Shown: positions 32,124 to 42,464, counted from the first letter of the stretch. The stretch: 64,000 bases of DNA from an uncultured Phycisphaerales bacterium (GCA_963758525.1 CAVWVQ010000004.1:32001-96000), one strand, 5' to 3'. Program-made: numbers and translations. Notes: generated by a model from the letters alone, not told the origin.

Positions 32124-32217
32124 TCAATCTGCGTTCATCGGCGTTTATCAGCGGTTCAATCTCTTTCCCTGCGTTCATCCACGGCCAGAGCGGACCGGTC
32201 GCGCGAGATGTTTGCGT

Positions 32218-33228
32218 TTAATTCAAATCCACGGGTGTCGCCAGCGGCACAGGCTGATTCCATGGCGTCTTGCCGTCAAACACGGCGTTGAAGAGGTAGG
32301 TGATCTTCCCGTTCTCGATCAAAAGCCACGGCCGTTCGCGGCGCACAGGGTTGAACTCGGTGCCGTCGGTCCAGTGAATGGTGTCGTCGTAGGCAATCGG
32401 TTGCGGAGCCGCCCGCCAATGGCTGATGCCGTCGTCGGAGATCAGATGCCCGCCCCACCGCTTGTCGTGGCCGGTCAGCTTGCCGCCGTTATCTTCGCAA
32501 ATGAGATGATAGGTGCCCCCTTTTTTGAACATGAAGAAATCCTCCAGCTTTCCCGATGGCCAGAGATTTTTATTCGCGACCGTGTAAGGCCCGTCGAACG
32601 ATTTCGCGACGGATTCACAGACGCGCAGTCTGTCGGTACGCCAGACCAGCTTCACGCTGCCGTCCGGCTCGAACCACGCCGCAGGATTGTTCGCATCGCC
32701 GGCGACGCCAAGGTCCAGCGGCTTGTCCCGCCGCGTCCACGGACCGGCGACGGAAGAGGCAGTGGCGATCCCAATCTGCCGGAGGCTGGAGCCAACATCA
32801 CTTCCGATGTAGTACAAGACGAACGTGTCGCCGACCTTATAGATGGCAGGATTGTGCGCCATGGCGCTGTCCCATTTGCCGGCGGCGCGTTTCCCGATGA
32901 CGACTTCCTTAAACTCGTAGGGGCCTTGCGGCTTGGACGCTTCGGCGCGGACGATCTCGGAGTGTTGCCGATAGCCTTCGGGGAATTTCGTGCTGGCCGG
33001 CCAGCGCGAGGCGAACATCTCGTAAGCGTCGCCAACCTTGATGACCGAGCCGCACCAGACTTTGAAACCGTCCATCGCAAAGCCAGTCCCTTTTGCGACG
33101 GGTGCAAACGCACTTGGCTCAATGCCCACCGACGCCGTAGCCGGCGGCTCACTGCCGAACGCCGGACAATGGGCCAGCGACAGAAATGCGACCGCGCCGA
33201 TCATCAACAGATTATTGAGCTTGGCCAT
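32218..33228 (-). CDS. glycoside hydrolase, five-bladed beta-propeller (GH43-like)
   Basis: Signal peptide MAKLNNLLMIGAVAFLSLA; VWCGSVIK, FASRWP, SEIVRA..GPY, AHNPAI, NNPAAW, LEDFFMF, RRERPWL. Confidence 0.8.
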   Translation of the reverse strand: MAKLNNLLMIGAVAFLSLAHCPAFGSEPPATASVGIEPSAFAPVAKGTGFAMDGFKVWCGSVIKVGDAYEMFASRWPASTKFPEGYRQHSEIVRAEASKPQGPYEFKEVVIGKRAAGKWDSAMAHNPAIYKVGDTFVLYYIGSDVGSSLRQIGIATASSVAGPWTRRDKPLDLGVAGDANNPAAWFEPDGSVKLVWRTDRLRVCESVAKSFDGPYTVANKNLWPSGKLEDFFMFKKGGTYHLICEDNGGKLTGHDKRWGGHLISDDGISHWRAAPQPIAYDDTIHWTDGTEFNPVRRERPWLLIENGKITYLFNAVFDGKTPWNQPVPLATPVDLN

Positions 33229-33276
33229 GATGCACCGACACCTGTAATTGAACCTGACGAACAACGATCTAAAACA

Positions 33277-33678
33277 ACCACAGAGGGGGAAGAGCCCACA
33301 GAGATCACAGAGCGAATTTAAGTGCAGGCAGCCGTGATCGGCCGCAATTCTGCAACTGAGTTTCGGGACCACGCTCTGTCTCTGTGCCACAACCCATTGA
33401 GATCTTCGCGCGCTGCGCAAATTTTCCCGGGCAGGCGATCAGCCAAAAGATCAAGAGCCGCGAAGACGCGAAGCCGCGAAGACAAACGCGAAGGAAGACA
33501 ATTCAATTGCACCTGAAACCCGAGGGCACAATTCCTTGGGCTTCGATCCCGCATTTTTGATTTTCTTACCTTCGCGTCTCTCTTCGCGTCTTCGCGTCTT
33601 CGCGGCTCTTCGTTTTGGTTGCGGCCGAGCGAAGCGAGGCAGCGCCGGGATCTCTGTGAGCTCGGTGTCCTCTGTGGT
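33277..33678. repeat. nested inverted short-repeat arrays
   Basis: Outer pair ACCACAGAGG..CACAGAGATC (from 33277) versus ..CTCTGTG..CCTCTGTGGT (to 33678). Inner pair AAGAGCCGCGAAGACGCGAAG.. (from 33453) versus ..CTTCGCGTCTTCGCGGCTCTT (to 33610). Confidence 0.75.
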
Positions 33679-33728
33679 CGACTTTTGATCCGCGAGAACC
33701 ACGAGGTGTCCGTCCTCGTTCAACACGG

Positions 33729-33990
33729 TCATCGCTGCCCCGATGATGCTCGCCGGCGACCGCACAGCAATGGTCCCGCTCCGGCAAAAATCAGCAGTGC
33801 CGTGCTGGGTTCAGGAGCAGCGCTGTAATCAAGGTACAGCGCCTCGTTGCCCGCGCTCAGTTCCACCGCCGGTAATCGTGCCGCCTGCGGCGGCAGTTGG
33901 GGTAACCACAATGCCCCCAACTGACCGTCAGCGTATCGGCAGCGGTCATGGTCAAACGGGCCGTTGCACCACTCATCTCATCCATATGCG
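33729..33990 (-). pseudogene. PEP-CTERM protein remnant
   Basis: Intact tail NEALYLDYSAAPEPSTALLIFAGAGPLLCGRRR* preceded, in other frames, by only short passenger-like pieces (LTMTAADTLTV; GIVVTPTAAAGGTITGG). Confidence 0.7.
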
Positions 33991-34269
33991 CGGAAGCACG
34001 CTCAAACTGCCCCACTGCAGAGCTGAGGAGCAGACGGTCGCAGAGCCTGGTGAGTTTCATCATTTCGGCACTTCGGGTCTCAGAAAATTGTCCCTCAAAT
34101 TGCTCGCCGCGATCTGCGTCAATTCGCGAACGTGAGGCGCTCGCCCCTGTCATCCCCGCTCCGGGTGAAAGTTCGCCGTCAACTTCAAGCTGGGACGACT
34201 TCGCCGCCGGTGAAGCCTCGCCAATCAGTAGGCCAATCGCATTCGGGGAAAGGGTGGGAGGGAAAGTTA

Positions 34270-34390
34270 AAAGGTTGAAGAGTGAAAGGGGGAACGCGCC
34301 CGGCAACTGGCATTTTACTTCACCCTTTTCACTTCACTCTTCACCCTTCGGATTTACTTCACCCTTCTCACTTCACCCTTCACTCTTTCC
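34270..34390. repeat. CTTCAC(C/T)-type heptamer repeat cluster
   Basis: Repeated CTTCACC/CTTCACT units at about 34315-34390 with complementary GTTGAAG/AGTGAAAG units near 34272-34290. Confidence 0.6.
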
Positions 34391-34417
34391 CTCACGGAAG
34401 CCCCCGGCTGCCGGCAA

Positions 34418-37400
34418 TTACCCGTTGGCGCCGGCTGTGCGTGCACGCCGGCGACGCCGGCTTGTCAGCATAGGCAATGCGCCGGCCAGCAGCAGCATCG
34501 CAGTGCCGGGCTCGGGGGTGGCGTTGTAAACGACATCCAAGCTGTAGGAAGAGGTGCCCAGGTACTCCAGTTCCAACACGGGAGCACCGAATGCGTACCC
34601 GCTTGAAAATTCGCCCGGGGGCATGGCCAAGACAAAGGGACTGCTCCCGGCGGAGGCGCCGGCTGTCGCCAAGACCGTCACAGGACTTCCCGAGGTCGGC
34701 GCTGGGTAACTTGCGAGATTGCCTGTTCCCAACCCGCTCAGCTGGCTGATCCCTCCGGCGATCACCCAGTCCTCCGATGTCGCCGTGGGAAGCGCAGCGC
34801 CGTTGGCGGTGACCGTGAATGGTGTGGCCGAGGAGATGGTCGAGTCAAACGTCAACGTGCCGCCGCCTGTGGCATTCAGAAACATCTCGTCATTGGATGG
34901 CGTCCCCGAGGTGTTGAACACCCGGGCGGTGTAGCCGCTGCTGCCTTTCCAGGTTTGACTGCCTGTTGTCAGTGTCTTAGCTGTGTTCGTGACGCCATCG
35001 TTCACGGCGATTGTGCCGCCAGTCAGCGTAACCAGCCCGCTTCCCAGCCCCGTATTGGTTGCCTGCACGATGCCGGCTGAGATCGTCGTCCCGCCCGTAT
35101 ACGTGCTTGCACCGGTTAGAGTCTGTTTTTCTGTCGGATTGTTGAGGTTGACGACCAAGGCGACCACCCCGGCAGTCCCGCCGGTTCCAGTGTTCTGTAT
35201 CGTGCCGCCAAAGCTCTGGCTGGACACGCCATTCAACGTCAGCGTCGAAGTGCTGCTGCCAACGCTGTTGGTGACAATCCCGTTCGTCCCGGCCCCGATG
35301 AACCCGGCGACCGTGGCGGCGCTCTTCCCGCCGAGGTCGAGGGTCGGGGTGTTTGCGTTATTGCCGAATGTCACGTAGCCGGTGCCGAAGGTGCCCGTGC
35401 CACTTGCGGCCGAATTCAGTACCGTGCCGTTGTTAATGATCAACCCGCCGCCGAACGCGTTGGCCGTCCCGCTGAGGGTCAGCGTGCCAGCGCCGATCTT
35501 GGTGAAGGCAAACGCACCAGTTGAGTTAAAGCCGCCGAGATTACCCGCGCCGCCAATCTGGCCACCGATGTTGGTAATGTTGCCCGAGAGCGCGACAGCA
35601 TTGCCGTTCGTATCGATGGTGCCGCCTGTCGCCCCGATGGTGACCGCCTTGGAGGAAGTAATCGCATTGGCCGCTTGCAGCGTGCCGCCGTTGAAGGCAA
35701 ACGATGCCGCCGATCCGATGCCGTTGGAGGTTGTATTAAGGGTGCCGCCGTTGAGGTAAATGCCGCCAGTAAAGGTATTGGCACCCGACGTTGGATTGAG
35801 AGTCAGCAGACCCGCGCCACTCTTCGTCAGCCCAGTCGCGGAGGTGTTGTTGGCGATGACTGATCCGATCGTCAAACCGCCGCCTGCCGTGGCATCATTT
35901 TGAATGACAATGAGATCACCGCCGCTAAAACCTTCGAGCGTGCCGCCGGTGATGCTTAAAGCGTTCGCACCGACATTCGACGTTACAAGGATACCGCCGG
36001 AGGTGACGATTCCAGTTCCCGTCTGCGTCACCACGTTCGCGGCCGCCGTGTTGAAGCGGATGCTGTTGGTCGAACCAGCGGGGAACGCATCGCTCGTAGT
36101 CACGTTCGTGTTCGTACCGGCGCTGAACGTGTCAGCCGTGTAGCCAGTATAAGCAATGATGTTACCGCCCGACGAATTCGTGGCATTGGTTGCCCAATCG
36201 GACCCCCCTACCGTGGCGTAGGCGCCGAGGATGCCGTTGGTGTTCGTGTTGACCGTCGTAAAGCCGTTGATCGTACTCTGCGGGCCGTTCGGCAACACGA
36301 AATTCACCGTGCCGCCCACCGCGCGAGAACCCGCCGCGGCAAAGCTCACCAGCGTGCCCATGCCGCTGTTATTTACCGCCGTCACCGTCGAAGACCCCGC
36401 GTTGACCACCAACCCGCTGTTGAACGGCTGGCTCGTCGTGCCCGCCAAGTTGCCGTATTCCACGAAGGTGCCCCCGCCCACGTTCAACGCTACGTTGTTA
36501 TTCCCGTTTGAGTAAGCGCCCACATACCCGTTGCCGACCTGAAAAGTTCCACCGTTGACCGTCAACCCGCTCGAGCCGATTTCGGTGTTGGCGATGATTT
36601 CCGTGCCACTGTCGAGGGTCAAGTTCACAACCCGCCCGGGGGAATAGTTGCCAATGATCCCCGCAAAGCTAGCCGTGCCCGAGCCAATGAGTATCCAATT
36701 ACCAGTGCCGCCACCGCTGGAGAAATCTCCATTGGAAGCATTAGTCCCTTGGGCATCCGCCAGCAGACCAGAGGTGATGGTGTTTGCGCCGACGTTGATG
36801 CCGCCGCCGCCCGCGCCAGTGTAGACTTGGTTGCCGAAGGTGACATTGCCCGTGCCGAATGGTGTGCCGCCGGAGTTAAAGGCCAGTCGCCCACCGTTGA
36901 AGTAGAGGCCCCCGCTGAACGAGTTGTTGATGTTGTAAAAGCCGATATATCCACCGCTGGAGAGCCCCGAGGCGGCCACCGACAATGGGGTGGCGCCGTT
37001 ATCGACAATCAGCGAACTCAGGTTTAATGTCGCCGAGCCGCTATTGTTAATGGCTGCCAACTGCCCGCCAGTGGTACCCGTGATCGTGCCGCCGGTGATC
37101 GTGCCCCCGCCGCTTGCCGCCGAGGTCTGCAGAATGCCCCCGGCTTGAATCGTGTTCACCCCGGTCAGGGTCAAAGTGTATCCCGTGGCGTTGTTGAAGC
37201 GGATGCTGTTAGGCGTGATTGCCGCCGTCGGTGTCGCCGAAGCGTTAAAATCAATATTCTGTGCCGTGTAGTTCGCGGGCACATTCAGTGCGGTTCCCGT
37301 CTCGGTATAGCTGCCGGTCGCCAAGCCCGTGATCGCTCCACCGGACGTCGCGGGGGCAACCGCCCATGTTGTTTTGCCGCCATAGGTCGCGAAGCCGCCG

Positions 37401-39526
37401 AGGATGCCGTTGACGTTGCCACTGGTGGTCGTGATCGAACTCGTCGTATTTGGGTTGATGTCCGCCGTCGCCCCGCCCGTGGAGGTAATTGCGCCCAAGT
37501 TGAGCGTCTGGTAGGCGGTGGAGGTCGTAACCGAGTTTTCGCCCGCGGCGAAAGTCGTGCTGGCGAAACTCTGCGTCTCGGCGGTGGTGCCGCTCACGCG
37601 GGTGTAGTTCAAGATGCCGCCGTTCGCAAAGCCACCGAGAACAAGGGCACTGCTAGAACTAATCGATCCTGTGGCACCCCCATTGCCCAGGTTCAGGGTG
37701 CTGCCCGTCACCGTCGTCGTGCCCGTATAAAGATTCGCGCCAGTCAATGTGATCGTATTGCTAAAGCCCGCTAAGGTGAGGCTACCCGCCCCGCTGAACA
37801 CCCCCGAGGTCGTCGAATTCGCGTTGTTGATCGGGTTGCCGATCGTCAGCGTGATCGGGGCTGGGGTTCCGGCGTTATTCTGCAACAGGTAGCTGTTGTT
37901 CGCCGTGGTGCCGACGGAACCGAAGGTGAATGCGTTGCTCGTCACCAAGCTATCAAACGTGATCGAACCAGGAGACGTGAAACTGACCGCGCTGTTCTGC
38001 AACGCCAGCGAGTTTTGCAGGTCAAGCTTCCCGGCCGTCACCGTCGTCGCCCCCGTGAACGTGCCTGTTCCAGACAGGACGGCGGTTCCAGTGGATATGC
38101 CGTTGATCGTCAATGCACCCGAACCACCGATGTTCGCGCTGGTGGTGATCGTGCTGCTGGCTGCCGGTTCAATCGTCAGCGTCGCGCTATCAAGAATCGA
38201 CCCGCTTGCCAACGAACCGTTCGTCGTCTGGTTGCCCAACTGAAGGATGCCAGCGGCAATAGTCGTCGCACCCGTATAGGTTTCAGCAGCCGTTAGGATC
38301 AATGAGTTTGTGCCCAGCTTACTCAGGCCAATCACGTTGGAGCCGCTGTTGGTGTTGGCGACCACATTGCCGTAGGTCGTGGTGGCGGCGGTCGTGTCGA
38401 TCCCCAGAAACGATCCATTCTCAAATCCGCCGCTGGCGGTGCCAAGGCCGGACAAGGTGTTGATGTCCGAATTAGTGAAATATGGGGTCGTGTTGTTGTC
38501 GACCTCGAAAGCCAGCGTCGCCCCAGGCTGCACGACGATGTTGCCGGCCGTCCAGTCGGCGGAGATGTTGTCATAGAGCGACACTTCCTTGGTGAACTCC
38601 ATCGTACCGGCCTTCACAGTCGTGAGGGCGCTGGTATTGGTGTTGGTTCCCGTGAGTGTCATCGATTGCAGCACGCTATTTTCGGTGACAGCGCTGACGG
38701 TAAGGCCGAGGTTGCCACTGATCAGGAAACTGCTGCTGACGGCGCCGCTGGCGCTGCTGGAGTTGTCGGTGATGGTGACAGCCTGTCCGACTCCTGAAGC
38801 CCCGCCGACGTTGCCGCTGAGCGTCATCGCCTGGGTCGGTGCAGTGCCCTGAATGAGCTGGTTCACGACAAGATTGATTCCCCCGCCACCGCCGATCGTG
38901 TTGCCGAGGCCGGCAATGGAGGAAAATTGGTCGGTGTTGTTTCCCGTAGTATTGAGAACGTTCAAAGTGAGCGTTCCCGCAGTGTTGTTGATGACCCCGC
39001 CGTTCAACTCCGGGCCGCCACCGCCGGTCACGGTGGAGCCGATATCCAGCGAAGTGTTCATCAGGATTTGGGGAGCGATGATGATATGTGCTCGGCTATT
39101 CGTAGTGGTGTCGGCGATGGCAGCGTTGCTATCGCCAAACGGGTTGACGACACCTCCGGTGTTGTCCATCGTGATCGTGTTGGCCGAGTTGCTGATGGTC
39201 CAGTTAGAGCCGGCAGAATTGGTGAGCTGCCCGAGGGTGATACTCAAATCGAGGTTGGTCGTCGGCGTTGTCAGGGCGCTGGTGGCGATGTTGCCTGCGC
39301 CGGTAGCGGGGCCGGCAGGAGACCATTCGCCGCTCGTGTCCCAGCTACCCGTGGTGCTCTGCAGCGTAAAGGTGGTTACGGCCGCATAAGCAGAGCGGCT
39401 CAGCAGCATCCCCGACAACGGCAGAACGGCCGCAGCGATGCGGAGCTTCCGCCGCCGGGCGGCTTGCTGGTCCGATTGTGCCTTGATGTTGTTTCCGCCG
39501 GTGATTGTCCTGCTCTTGCCCGTCAT
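34418..39526 (-). CDS. large PEP-CTERM surface protein with autotransporter-associated beta-strand repeats (copy 1)
   Basis: GGAGG then ATG 39526; signal ..AAAVLPLSGMLLSRSAYA; G/T/N/S-rich repeats (LTGANLYTGTTTV, LTKSGAGLLTL, YTGGTTISAG); tail NATPEPGTAMLLLAGALPMLTSRRRRR. Confidence 0.9.
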   Translation of the reverse strand: MTGKSRTITGGNNIKAQSDQQAARRRKLRIAAAVLPLSGMLLSRSAYAAVTTFTLQSTTGSWDTSGEWSPAGPATGAGNIATSALTTPTTNLDLSITLGQLTNSAGSNWTISNSANTITMDNTGGVVNPFGDSNAAIADTTTNSRAHIIIAPQILMNTSLDIGSTVTGGGGPELNGGVINNTAGTLTLNVLNTTGNNTDQFSSIAGLGNTIGGGGGINLVVNQLIQGTAPTQAMTLSGNVGGASGVGQAVTITDNSSSASGAVSSSFLISGNLGLTVSAVTENSVLQSMTLTGTNTNTSALTTVKAGTMEFTKEVSLYDNISADWTAGNIVVQPGATLAFEVDNNTTPYFTNSDINTLSGLGTASGGFENGSFLGIDTTAATTTYGNVVANTNSGSNVIGLSKLGTNSLILTAAETYTGATTIAAGILQLGNQTTNGSLASGSILDSATLTIEPAASSTITTSANIGGSGALTINGISTGTAVLSGTGTFTGATTVTAGKLDLQNSLALQNSAVSFTSPGSITFDSLVTSNAFTFGSVGTTANNSYLLQNNAGTPAPITLTIGNPINNANSTTSGVFSGAGSLTLAGFSNTITLTGANLYTGTTTVTGSTLNLGNGGATGSISSSSALVLGGFANGGILNYTRVSGTTAETQSFASTTFAAGENSVTTSTAYQTLNLGAITSTGGATADINPNTTSSITTTSGNVNGILGGFATYGGKTTWAVAPATSGGAITGLATGSYTETGTALNVPANYTAQNIDFNASATPTAAITPNSIRFNNATGYTLTLTGVNTIQAGGILQTSAASGGGTITGGTITGTTGGQLAAINNSGSATLNLSSLIVDNGATPLSVAASGLSSGGYIGFYNINNSFSGGLYFNGGRLAFNSGGTPFGTGNVTFGNQVYTGAGGGGINVGANTITSGLLADAQGTNASNGDFSSGGGTGNWILIGSGTASFAGIIGNYSPGRVVNLTLDSGTEIIANTEIGSSGLTVNGGTFQVGNGYVGAYSNGNNNVALNVGGGTFVEYGNLAGTTSQPFNSGLVVNAGSSTVTAVNNSGMGTLVSFAAAGSRAVGGTVNFVLPNGPQSTINGFTTVNTNTNGILGAYATVGGSDWATNATNSSGGNIIAYTGYTADTFSAGTNTNVTTSDAFPAGSTNSIRFNTAAANVVTQTGTGIVTSGGILVTSNVGANALSITGGTLEGFSGGDLIVIQNDATAGGGLTIGSVIANNTSATGLTKSGAGLLTLNPTSGANTFTGGIYLNGGTLNTTSNGIGSAASFAFNGGTLQAANAITSSKAVTIGATGGTIDTNGNAVALSGNITNIGGQIGGAGNLGGFNSTGAFAFTKIGAGTLTLSGTANAFGGGLIINNGTVLNSAASGTGTFGTGYVTFGNNANTPTLDLGGKSAATVAGFIGAGTNGIVTNSVGSSTSTLTLNGVSSQSFGGTIQNTGTGGTAGVVALVVNLNNPTEKQTLTGASTYTGGTTISAGIVQATNTGLGSGLVTLTGGTIAVNDGVTNTAKTLTTGSQTWKGSSGYTARVFNTSGTPSNDEMFLNATGGGTLTFDSTISSATPFTVTANGAALPTATSEDWVIAGGISQLSGLGTGNLASYPAPTSGSPVTVLATAGASAGSSPFVLAMPPGEFSSGYAFGAPVLELEYLGTSSYSLDVVYNATPEPGTAMLLLAGALPMLTSRRRRRARTAGANG

Positions 39527-39629
39527 TCGTCCGCCTCCGAAGAACCCACCCGAGTTACACGCGGCATCCAGTCCGATAAGCGAAACGTGGAAAACTCCCA
39601 TCCGCTCTCGGGTCGCCGCACTGTTGGGG

Positions 39630-39693
39630 ACTCTACCGCAGGTCCAAGCCACTGCAAGGATGTTTTTGTCACAAGTTTATGTGCTTTTGTAAC
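39630..39693 (-). promoter_or_regulatory. tandem-box promoter
   Basis: Minus strand: GTTACAAAA (39693-39685)-N12-GTGACAAAA (39672-39664)-N6-TTGCAG-N16-TAGAGT (39635-39630). Confidence 0.75.
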
Positions 39694-39739
39694 AGATTTC
39701 CCGCTTCCGGACGGCGGATTGGGCGACAAATACGTAGTT

Positions 39740-39815
39740 GGGGGGAAGGGGGAGGGGGAAAAAGGGACAGAGGGACAAAGGGACAAAGGGACAGAGGGAC
39801 TGAGGGGCTAAGGGG
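39740..39815. repeat. G-tracts followed by octamer tandem repeat (AGGGACAR)n
   Basis: GGGGGGAAGGGGGAGGGGG, then AGGGACAG AGGGACAA AGGGACAA AGGGACAG AGGGACTG AGGGGCTA from 39763. Confidence 0.75.
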
Positions 39816-40067
39816 AGAGCGACAGCGGGTGGTTTGGGCGCTTGGGATCGCGATTCGCTCCGGAGCGCAGCGTCTATAACCGGAGATCGCTGCCGATGAC
39901 AAAAGTGCAGCAATTGGCACCGCAAGTAATTTTTAGGGCAGAACGCACAGACGGGATGGACGGAGAAGGCGGAGAAGCGTTCCGAGGCAGAATATCTCTT
40001 CTGGCGGAATATGCCATTGTCGGACTTTCGCCGCCGCGGGACCGGGGCGGGCGATGACGAGGGATCG

Positions 40068-40590
40068 ATGACCCAATCGCAGACGCCCAAGGAGTTCGCA
40101 TATCAGTTGCTGCGCGCTCAGCCGCACATATACGGCTATGTGTATTCGTTACTTCCGAATACGGACGCGGCGATGGACGTGCTGCAGGAAACGAACCTGG
40201 TGCTCTGGCGAAAGTCCAACGAGTTTGTGGGGGGGAACTTTTTTGCGTGGGCCTGCAGCGTCGCGCGGTTCTGCGTGCTTTCTCACAGACGGGACCTGGC
40301 CCGCGAGAAGCGGGTGTTCAGCGACGAGTTGATCGAAGATCTCGCGGATCAGTTCGAGCAGCGGTTGCCCAGGGTGAATTTGATGGCGGAAGCTTTGGAA
40401 CGGTGCCTGGAGAAGCTCACTGCGGAGGACCGCGAGCTGCTCAACGCCCGCTACTCCCACGGGGGATCGGTGGCCCAGGTGGCGGCGCAGCGGGGAAGAA
40501 CTGTCAACGCGATCTCCCGTGCCTGCTACCGCCTGCGCGATACTGCTTGACTGCATCCACGGGTCACTGGCGAAGGAAACTGCCCTATGA
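40068..40590 (+). CDS. ECF sigma-70 factor (Rhodopirellula/Verrucomicrobium type), frame break near 40543
   Basis: IYGYVYSLLP..AMDVLQETNLVLWRK..NFFAWACSVARF..ALERCLEKL..RELLNARY. The shifted frame gives LLDCIHGSLAKETAL*, whose TGA overlaps the next ATG (ATGA). Confidence 0.88.
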
Positions 40591-42395
40591 GCAATCCCGA
40601 ACCAGTTTCGCCAGATACTGACCGGCTCATCGGGAAGTTGGTCGATGGGTTATTGGACCCCGAGCAAACCCGGGGTCTGGAAACACTGCTGAAAAGCAAC
40701 GAAGCGGCACGCGGTCGATATTGCGATCTGGTCATGCTGCACTCGCTGCTGCAATGGCGCACCATGGGCAGCGAAATGGCCCTTGCCTTGGGCGATGACG
40801 ACCAGCCTGCGGCGACGGATTTGCACGCGGCGATGATTTTGCCCGCCATTCGAATCGATGAGCCGATCGTAACAGGTCAACCTTCTCCGGGCTCGCCAAT
40901 GGGGCCAATGGGTGGGCCATCATTGGAGGATCTGGAGATTCCCGCGGCGCGGGAGGGAATGGCGAAATCCGTGCCAGTTGCGTCCGGCACCACCTCTCAC
41001 CCACGGTGGAACTTCATCCGGATGTGGTACGTGGCGGCCTCGGTACTCGTCGTTGCGTCCCTGGCAGCAGTGATCACCTCGGCGGTCATGCGGGAGCGAT
41101 CGCACGCAGCCGACGTTGCGACGTTGACGGGCACCATCGATGCACGTTGGGATGATGCGCCGGCCGGACTGGGCGACGGCGCAGTGCTCCCTTTGCAGCA
41201 GGTCATCTCCCTGCAATCCGGGTGGGCGGAATTGGCATACCCCAACGGCGTGGTGGTCACGATCGAGGGGCCGGCGCGGTTCTCCATCCGGCCCGGACAG
41301 GAATTGTCCCTGGAGCGGGGAAAACTGGTGGCACTGGTCTCCAAGGCTGGACATGGCTTTGCAGTCACCACTCCCTGTGCGCGGGTCGTTGATCTCGGCA
41401 CTGAGTTCGGGGTTGCCGTAGGTTCAACTGGAGAAACCGACGTCGACACGTTTCGCGGCACGGTATCCCTCACGCCCACCGCCGTCGCGTCCGATTCGGC
41501 CTCGACTCTCATCAGCGCCGGCTTCGCACGACGCGTCAGCTCGACCGGAGCCATCGCGGAAGTCCCGATCAACGAGAATGCGTTCGTTCGGCCTCAGCAG
41601 TTTGCTGACTGGAACTCGACGCACCCAGCCGGCTACGAATCATGGCGCGCATACAGCGAACGGCTGCGCCATGATCCGGATCTGGTCGCTTACTACACAT
41701 TCAACAAAGCCGCTCAATCGCCCGATCGGCTGCTCAATCAGTCATCCCTTGGCTCGGCCCTGGATGGCGTTCTAACCAGCGACAAACCCGGAGTTCGCCC
41801 CGCCTGGACAACAGGGCGCTGGCCCGAGAAGGGCGCTTTGGAGTTTAGCGGAAGCGACAACCCGCGGGTGGTCGTGGCCAGCGGGCGCGGGGACCCGCTC
41901 GATTTCTCACGCGGCCAGCAGACAGCCTCTCCAATGACGATTGCCGGCTGGATCCGGCCTGAGGCTGAAGAAAACGCTGCGATCGCTGCCAAAGGCGCTA
42001 GTTTTTCAGAGCAGTTCGCGCTGGAAACGGGGCGCGCCTGGGTCAGACAAACCCCTGGCAATGCCAACGAGCCGCTGAGGAGGGTCTTGACGCCGCCCGC
42101 CGGAGCAGGGGTATGGAGCCAGCTTGTGTTTACCTACGACCCAATTGGGCGCAACACCCGCCTGTATCGCAACGGCGTTCTGATTGGTTATGAGGAAAGC
42201 GCCCCTGCACGGCTGTTGCAGACGGAGGCACCGATGACCATCGGTTGCCGCCCACTCCACTTATCTGACAAGCCGGGCAAGCCTCCGCAGTACATCGGAG
42301 CTTTTCATGGTTGCATGGACGAGCTGCTCATTATGAAAAGAGCGATGTCTGCCGACGAGGTGCGCGAGATGTTTCGAATAGGAAAGCCTGGTTGA
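40587..42395 (+). CDS. FecR-domain anti-sigma factor with C-terminal LamG-like (concanavalin A) domain
   Basis: N-terminal LVDGLLDPEQ..ARGRY, one TM segment, FecR motif GFAVTTPCARVVDLGTEFGVAV, then LVAYYTF..GRWPEKGALEF..MTIAGWI..LYRNG..FHGCMDEL. Confidence 0.88.
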   Translation: MSNPEPVSPDTDRLIGKLVDGLLDPEQTRGLETLLKSNEAARGRYCDLVMLHSLLQWRTMGSEMALALGDDDQPAATDLHAAMILPAIRIDEPIVTGQPSPGSPMGPMGGPSLEDLEIPAAREGMAKSVPVASGTTSHPRWNFIRMWYVAASVLVVASLAAVITSAVMRERSHAADVATLTGTIDARWDDAPAGLGDGAVLPLQQVISLQSGWAELAYPNGVVVTIEGPARFSIRPGQELSLERGKLVALVSKAGHGFAVTTPCARVVDLGTEFGVAVGSTGETDVDTFRGTVSLTPTAVASDSASTLISAGFARRVSSTGAIAEVPINENAFVRPQQFADWNSTHPAGYESWRAYSERLRHDPDLVAYYTFNKAAQSPDRLLNQSSLGSALDGVLTSDKPGVRPAWTTGRWPEKGALEFSGSDNPRVVVASGRGDPLDFSRGQQTASPMTIAGWIRPEAEENAAIAAKGASFSEQFALETGRAWVRQTPGNANEPLRRVLTPPAGAGVWSQLVFTYDPIGRNTRLYRNGVLIGYEESAPARLLQTEAPMTIGCRPLHLSDKPGKPPQYIGAFHGCMDELLIMKRAMSADEVREMFRIGKPG

Positions 42396-42464
42396 AGAAG
42401 TATCGGTTGCAGTCGTTTTAACACTACGGAACACAAGATCTTAAATTCTCAGGGAGAGTGATAA

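Noticed and set aside
9624..39815. Short tandem repeat tracts (9624, 33453, 34315, 39763) as CRISPR arrays
   Set aside because: Units are 7-8 bp with no unique spacers, and no cas genes are present.
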